35,212 bases of DNA, from assembly GCA_963637205.1 (NCBI GenBank), contig CAVHNA010000003.1, forward strand, positions 1 to 35,212. The letters are read 5' to 3'. Source of the DNA: Bacteroidaceae bacterium (GTDB lineage Bacteria > Bacteroidota > Bacteroidia > Bacteroidales > Bacteroidaceae). The position numbers and the translations under genes were made by a program. Below, one piece after another: positions 32,763 through 35,212 of the stretch. The first letter of the stretch is position 1. Each line of letters begins with the position of its first letter. The notes below the pieces were generated by a model, which was not told the origin of the DNA, ran no database searches, and was given only the letters and a program-made list of their open reading frames with translations.

Positions 32763-32910
32763 GTAGGAGGCGCATTGAGCCGCAGGCGAGAAATAGGAGG
32801 CGATTTCCATGAACTAAAAGTCGGCGGCCGAAGGGAAAGCCAAATGCGCCCACGCAAGAGGAAAGGCCCAAGCGAGCCCAGGGTTGCGTTTCACGGAAAC
32901 GCTCCTACTA
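32763..32910. repeat. ~150-bp intergenic repeat, copy 1 (GTAGGAGGCGCA ... GCGTTTCACGGAAACGCTCCTACTA)
   Basis: Aligns base-for-base with 35063-35212, with only about ten substitutions or 1-nt indels by eye. It ends in the hairpin GCGTTTC-ACG-GAAACGC. Confidence 0.9.
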
Positions 32911-33089
32911 GAGGCCCTACGGGCTGAAAGCCCAGCTGCTCCTAGCCCAGGGCATCGCCCTGGGTAACATAAGACGCACACGCCTGCGCCCTGTAAGGGC
33001 AGCTACACAAACGAACGAGGGGGTCGCCCCTACTAGAACATATACATTATATAATATATAAAAAGGTAAAACATAAAAATACAGAGATT

Positions 33090-35051
33090 ATGAAAAAGAA
33101 GGATTTTCTCCTTGCCGCTACAATGGGCATTGCCCTTGCCGGCTGTTCTGATGACTTGACGGGAATCACCTCAAGTCCGACGACCACTGAGGAGGCTCCG
33201 GAGGCTATCATGTTCGGCAATATCGCCAGCAAGATGACACGTGCCACCGGGGGCGAAGCAGCTGCCAATCTCCTTGGCAAAAAGATTTATTTCTACGGCG
33301 AAAAGGTGACTGGCACTGGCGCCAACGCTACCCACACACCTATCTTCGACAACTACTCGCTTGAGTATGACGGTAATGCCGGTTCCACCGCTACCAACGT
33401 CGCAGGATGGGAGTATGTGGGCAAGACTTCCAAGAAGGGTGCTGCACAGGACACCAAGTACTGGGACTACAACTCCAACGAGTACAACTACGTGGCTGTC
33501 TCAGCTAACGCTCTTCCTGATGACAAAGACCTTATCAAAGGTGCCGCTACTACGGACAGTTTGAAGATTAGCGTGCCCAACGCTTCTTCCGTGGACGGTC
33601 TCTACGTCGCTGACCGTATCACCAAGACACCTACCGAGTACAAGCAGACCGTCACGTTCAATTTCCGTCGCCTCGGCGCACGTATGCGTATCGGTTTCTA
33701 CGAGACAGTACCTGGCTACGCCATCAAAGACCTGATATTCTACTACGTAGGTGCACCCTCTGGTAGCAAGACGCTCGGTGTCGGCGGTGCCTTCCCCGTG
33801 TCCGGTAAGTACAATGTCAGCTTCGGCGATGACAACAAGGCTACGGTTAAGTTCAACGGCGGTAGCAACAAGATGGAATGGTCAAGCCAGTTCGGCGAAC
33901 TCGACTACACATCCGCTTTGTCAAAGGCTAACGTTTCCGGAAAGCAATACATCGACGAGAACGGTGCCGCTACTGCTACTGAAGTGAAGAAGTTCCTCGG
34001 CACAAACGCCACGGAGGCTACCTTCGCCAAGGGCTCTTACACCATTGACGGAGTAGAGAATACAACGTCTGACTACAAGCCCATTCTCCCCAACGAGAAC
34101 AACTCCCTGAAGATGCAGCTCCGCGTGGACTACACCCTTGTAGCTCTCGACGGTAGCGGCGACGAGATAAAAGTACGCGACGCATACGTCAGCGTACCCG
34201 TGGAATACCTGAAGTGGAAACCCAACTACGCCTACACCTACCTCTTCAAGATCTCCGACAAGAGCAACGGTTACACAGGCAAGGACACAGGCACAGTAGA
34301 CCCCGACACTGGTGGCCGCGAACCAGACCCGGACAACGGCGGTGGCGATAATGACCCCACTGACCAGAACAAAGATGGTAACGTAGATCCTCCATACGTT
34401 CCAGACCCGGATTATGTTGATCCTGAAACAGGTGAGAAGCCTGATCCATACATCCCCGACCCGGATAATCCAACCGATAGTATACCTAACCCCGACGTTC
34501 CTCTGGTTCCGAACCCTGACTATCCAGGCAACGACCCGAAGAACCCAGGCGACCCTGTTGCTCCTGACGGCGACCAAGGTGACCCGTCCAACCCAGTACC
34601 GACACCAAAAGACCCGGATGACCCAACTAAGGATGACCCTGAGAATCCCGCAGGTCTCTTCCCCATCACCTTCGACGCATGCGTAGAGGAGGTTACGGAG
34701 AACACCCAGGAGACAGTCTCCACAGTGGCTACGCCGAGCATAACAGCAATGTCAGCCACAAGCGATGTGACGACAAACGACGAGTATATGGTAGGCGAAG
34801 ACATCGTCCTCACCGTTCAGGACGGTGTGACAGCAAGCAAGTGGGAATACATCTACGAAGGCACGACAGCCATCTCTGAGAAGGCCGCAGAGCAGAAGTA
34901 CGGTAAAGCTACTACTTGGACTTCCCTCGGTACAGATGCAAAGGCCACCCTCACACCTAGCAAGGGTGCCGGCTACTACATAGTACGAGTAAACGTAGGT
35001 ACAGCCACAAAGCCTAACTACGGCTACAAAGTAATAAAGGTAGTAGCCTGA
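33090..35051 (+). CDS. Fimbrillin-family (FimA/Mfa1-class, type V pilin) lipoprotein with a C-terminal Asp/Pro-rich linker and an extra domain
   Basis: Lipobox LAGC (Cys19). An Arg at position 51 (SKMTR|ATGG) sits where FimA/Mfa1 propeptides are cleaved. VTFNFRRLGARMRIGFYE and surrounding beta-rich sequence are typical of fimbrillin N- and C-domains. aa 399-520 is low-complexity D/P/N/G. aa 521-653 is an additional beta-rich domain. Confidence 0.7.
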   Translation: MKKKDFLLAATMGIALAGCSDDLTGITSSPTTTEEAPEAIMFGNIASKMTRATGGEAAANLLGKKIYFYGEKVTGTGANATHTPIFDNYSLEYDGNAGSTATNVAGWEYVGKTSKKGAAQDTKYWDYNSNEYNYVAVSANALPDDKDLIKGAATTDSLKISVPNASSVDGLYVADRITKTPTEYKQTVTFNFRRLGARMRIGFYETVPGYAIKDLIFYYVGAPSGSKTLGVGGAFPVSGKYNVSFGDDNKATVKFNGGSNKMEWSSQFGELDYTSALSKANVSGKQYIDENGAATATEVKKFLGTNATEATFAKGSYTIDGVENTTSDYKPILPNENNSLKMQLRVDYTLVALDGSGDEIKVRDAYVSVPVEYLKWKPNYAYTYLFKISDKSNGYTGKDTGTVDPDTGGREPDPDNGGGDNDPTDQNKDGNVDPPYVPDPDYVDPETGEKPDPYIPDPDNPTDSIPNPDVPLVPNPDYPGNDPKNPGDPVAPDGDQGDPSNPVPTPKDPDDPTKDDPENPAGLFPITFDACVEEVTENTQETVSTVATPSITAMSATSDVTTNDEYMVGEDIVLTVQDGVTASKWEYIYEGTTAISEKAAEQKYGKATTWTSLGTDAKATLTPSKGAGYYIVRVNVGTATKPNYGYKVIKVVA

Positions 35052-35062
35052 CAGCAGGCTGC

Positions 35063-35212
35063 GTAGGAGGCGCATTGAGCCTCAGGCGAGAAGGTAGGAG
35101 GCGCATTTCCGTGAACTAAAAGTCGGCGGCCGAAGGGAAAGCCAAATGCGCCCACGCAAGAGGAAAGGCCCCAAGCCGCTCAGGGTCGCGTTTCACGGAA
35201 ACGCTCCTACTA
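35063..35212. repeat. ~150-bp intergenic repeat, copy 2 (runs to the window edge)
   Basis: See 32763-32910. It starts 12 nt after the fimbrillin stop codon. Confidence 0.9.

Noticed and set aside
1-35212. Phage-defence, toxin-antitoxin or secondary-metabolite system
   Set aside because: I looked for nuclease/helicase/methylase triads, small overlapping toxin-antitoxin pairs, reverse transcriptases, Cas-like genes and biosynthetic enzymes, and found none. The only methyltransferases are rRNA or small-molecule type with no adjacent restriction partner. The only helicase is mfd.

Overview
This 35.2-kb segment looks like chromosome from a GC-rich member of the Bacteroidales. The evidence is Bacteroidota-type TAnnTTTG -7 promoter boxes, ftsK-lolA-trxB synteny, phylum-restricted DUF-type proteins and a type V (FimA/Mfa1-class) pilus locus. 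I call 26 CDS. I see no rRNA, tRNA, CRISPR array, integrase or transposase.

Nt 1-29,250 is tightly packed and mostly housekeeping:
- a secreted amidase-like/golvesin-domain protein, an EamA permease, an SDR sugar-nucleotide epimerase, an EEP-family nuclease/phosphatase and a LOG/PpnN-like protein;
- a long minus-strand run: SPOR-domain amidase, mfd, a three-domain MurNAc-salvage fusion, an FtsX-type ABC pair and an anchored exported protein;
- a second minus-strand run: rsmE, nupG, rlmI, a 3'-5' exonuclease and a DUF5063-like protein;
- then ftsK, lolA-like, trxB, a polytopic membrane protein plus ABC ATPase, and a SAM methyltransferase.

The last ~6 kb differs. It is a type V pilus locus (DUF3575-type barrel protein, Mfa2/DUF5119-like lipoprotein, fimbrillin-like lipoprotein). 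Its two long non-coding regions (about 770 bp and 490 bp) are mosaics of repeated modules.

The items most worth a second look:
1. A single 752-aa polypeptide fusing an AmgK-like kinase, a RapZ C-terminal-type domain and a MurU-like nucleotidyltransferase.
2. A 7 x 22-bp tandem array (about 14 helically phased GCAAyTG half-sites) upstream of the pilus operon.
3. About 150-bp direct repeats bracketing the fimbrillin cassette, plus other modules shared between the intergenic regions: a CTAG-rich palindrome, GC hairpins and a GTAGGAGGCGCA 12-mer.
4. An imperfect inverted-repeat pair that could delimit an invertible promoter segment.
5. A fimbrillin carrying a 122-residue Asp/Pro-rich linker and an extra C-terminal domain.

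All functional calls rest on motif recognition by eye. No database search was run.
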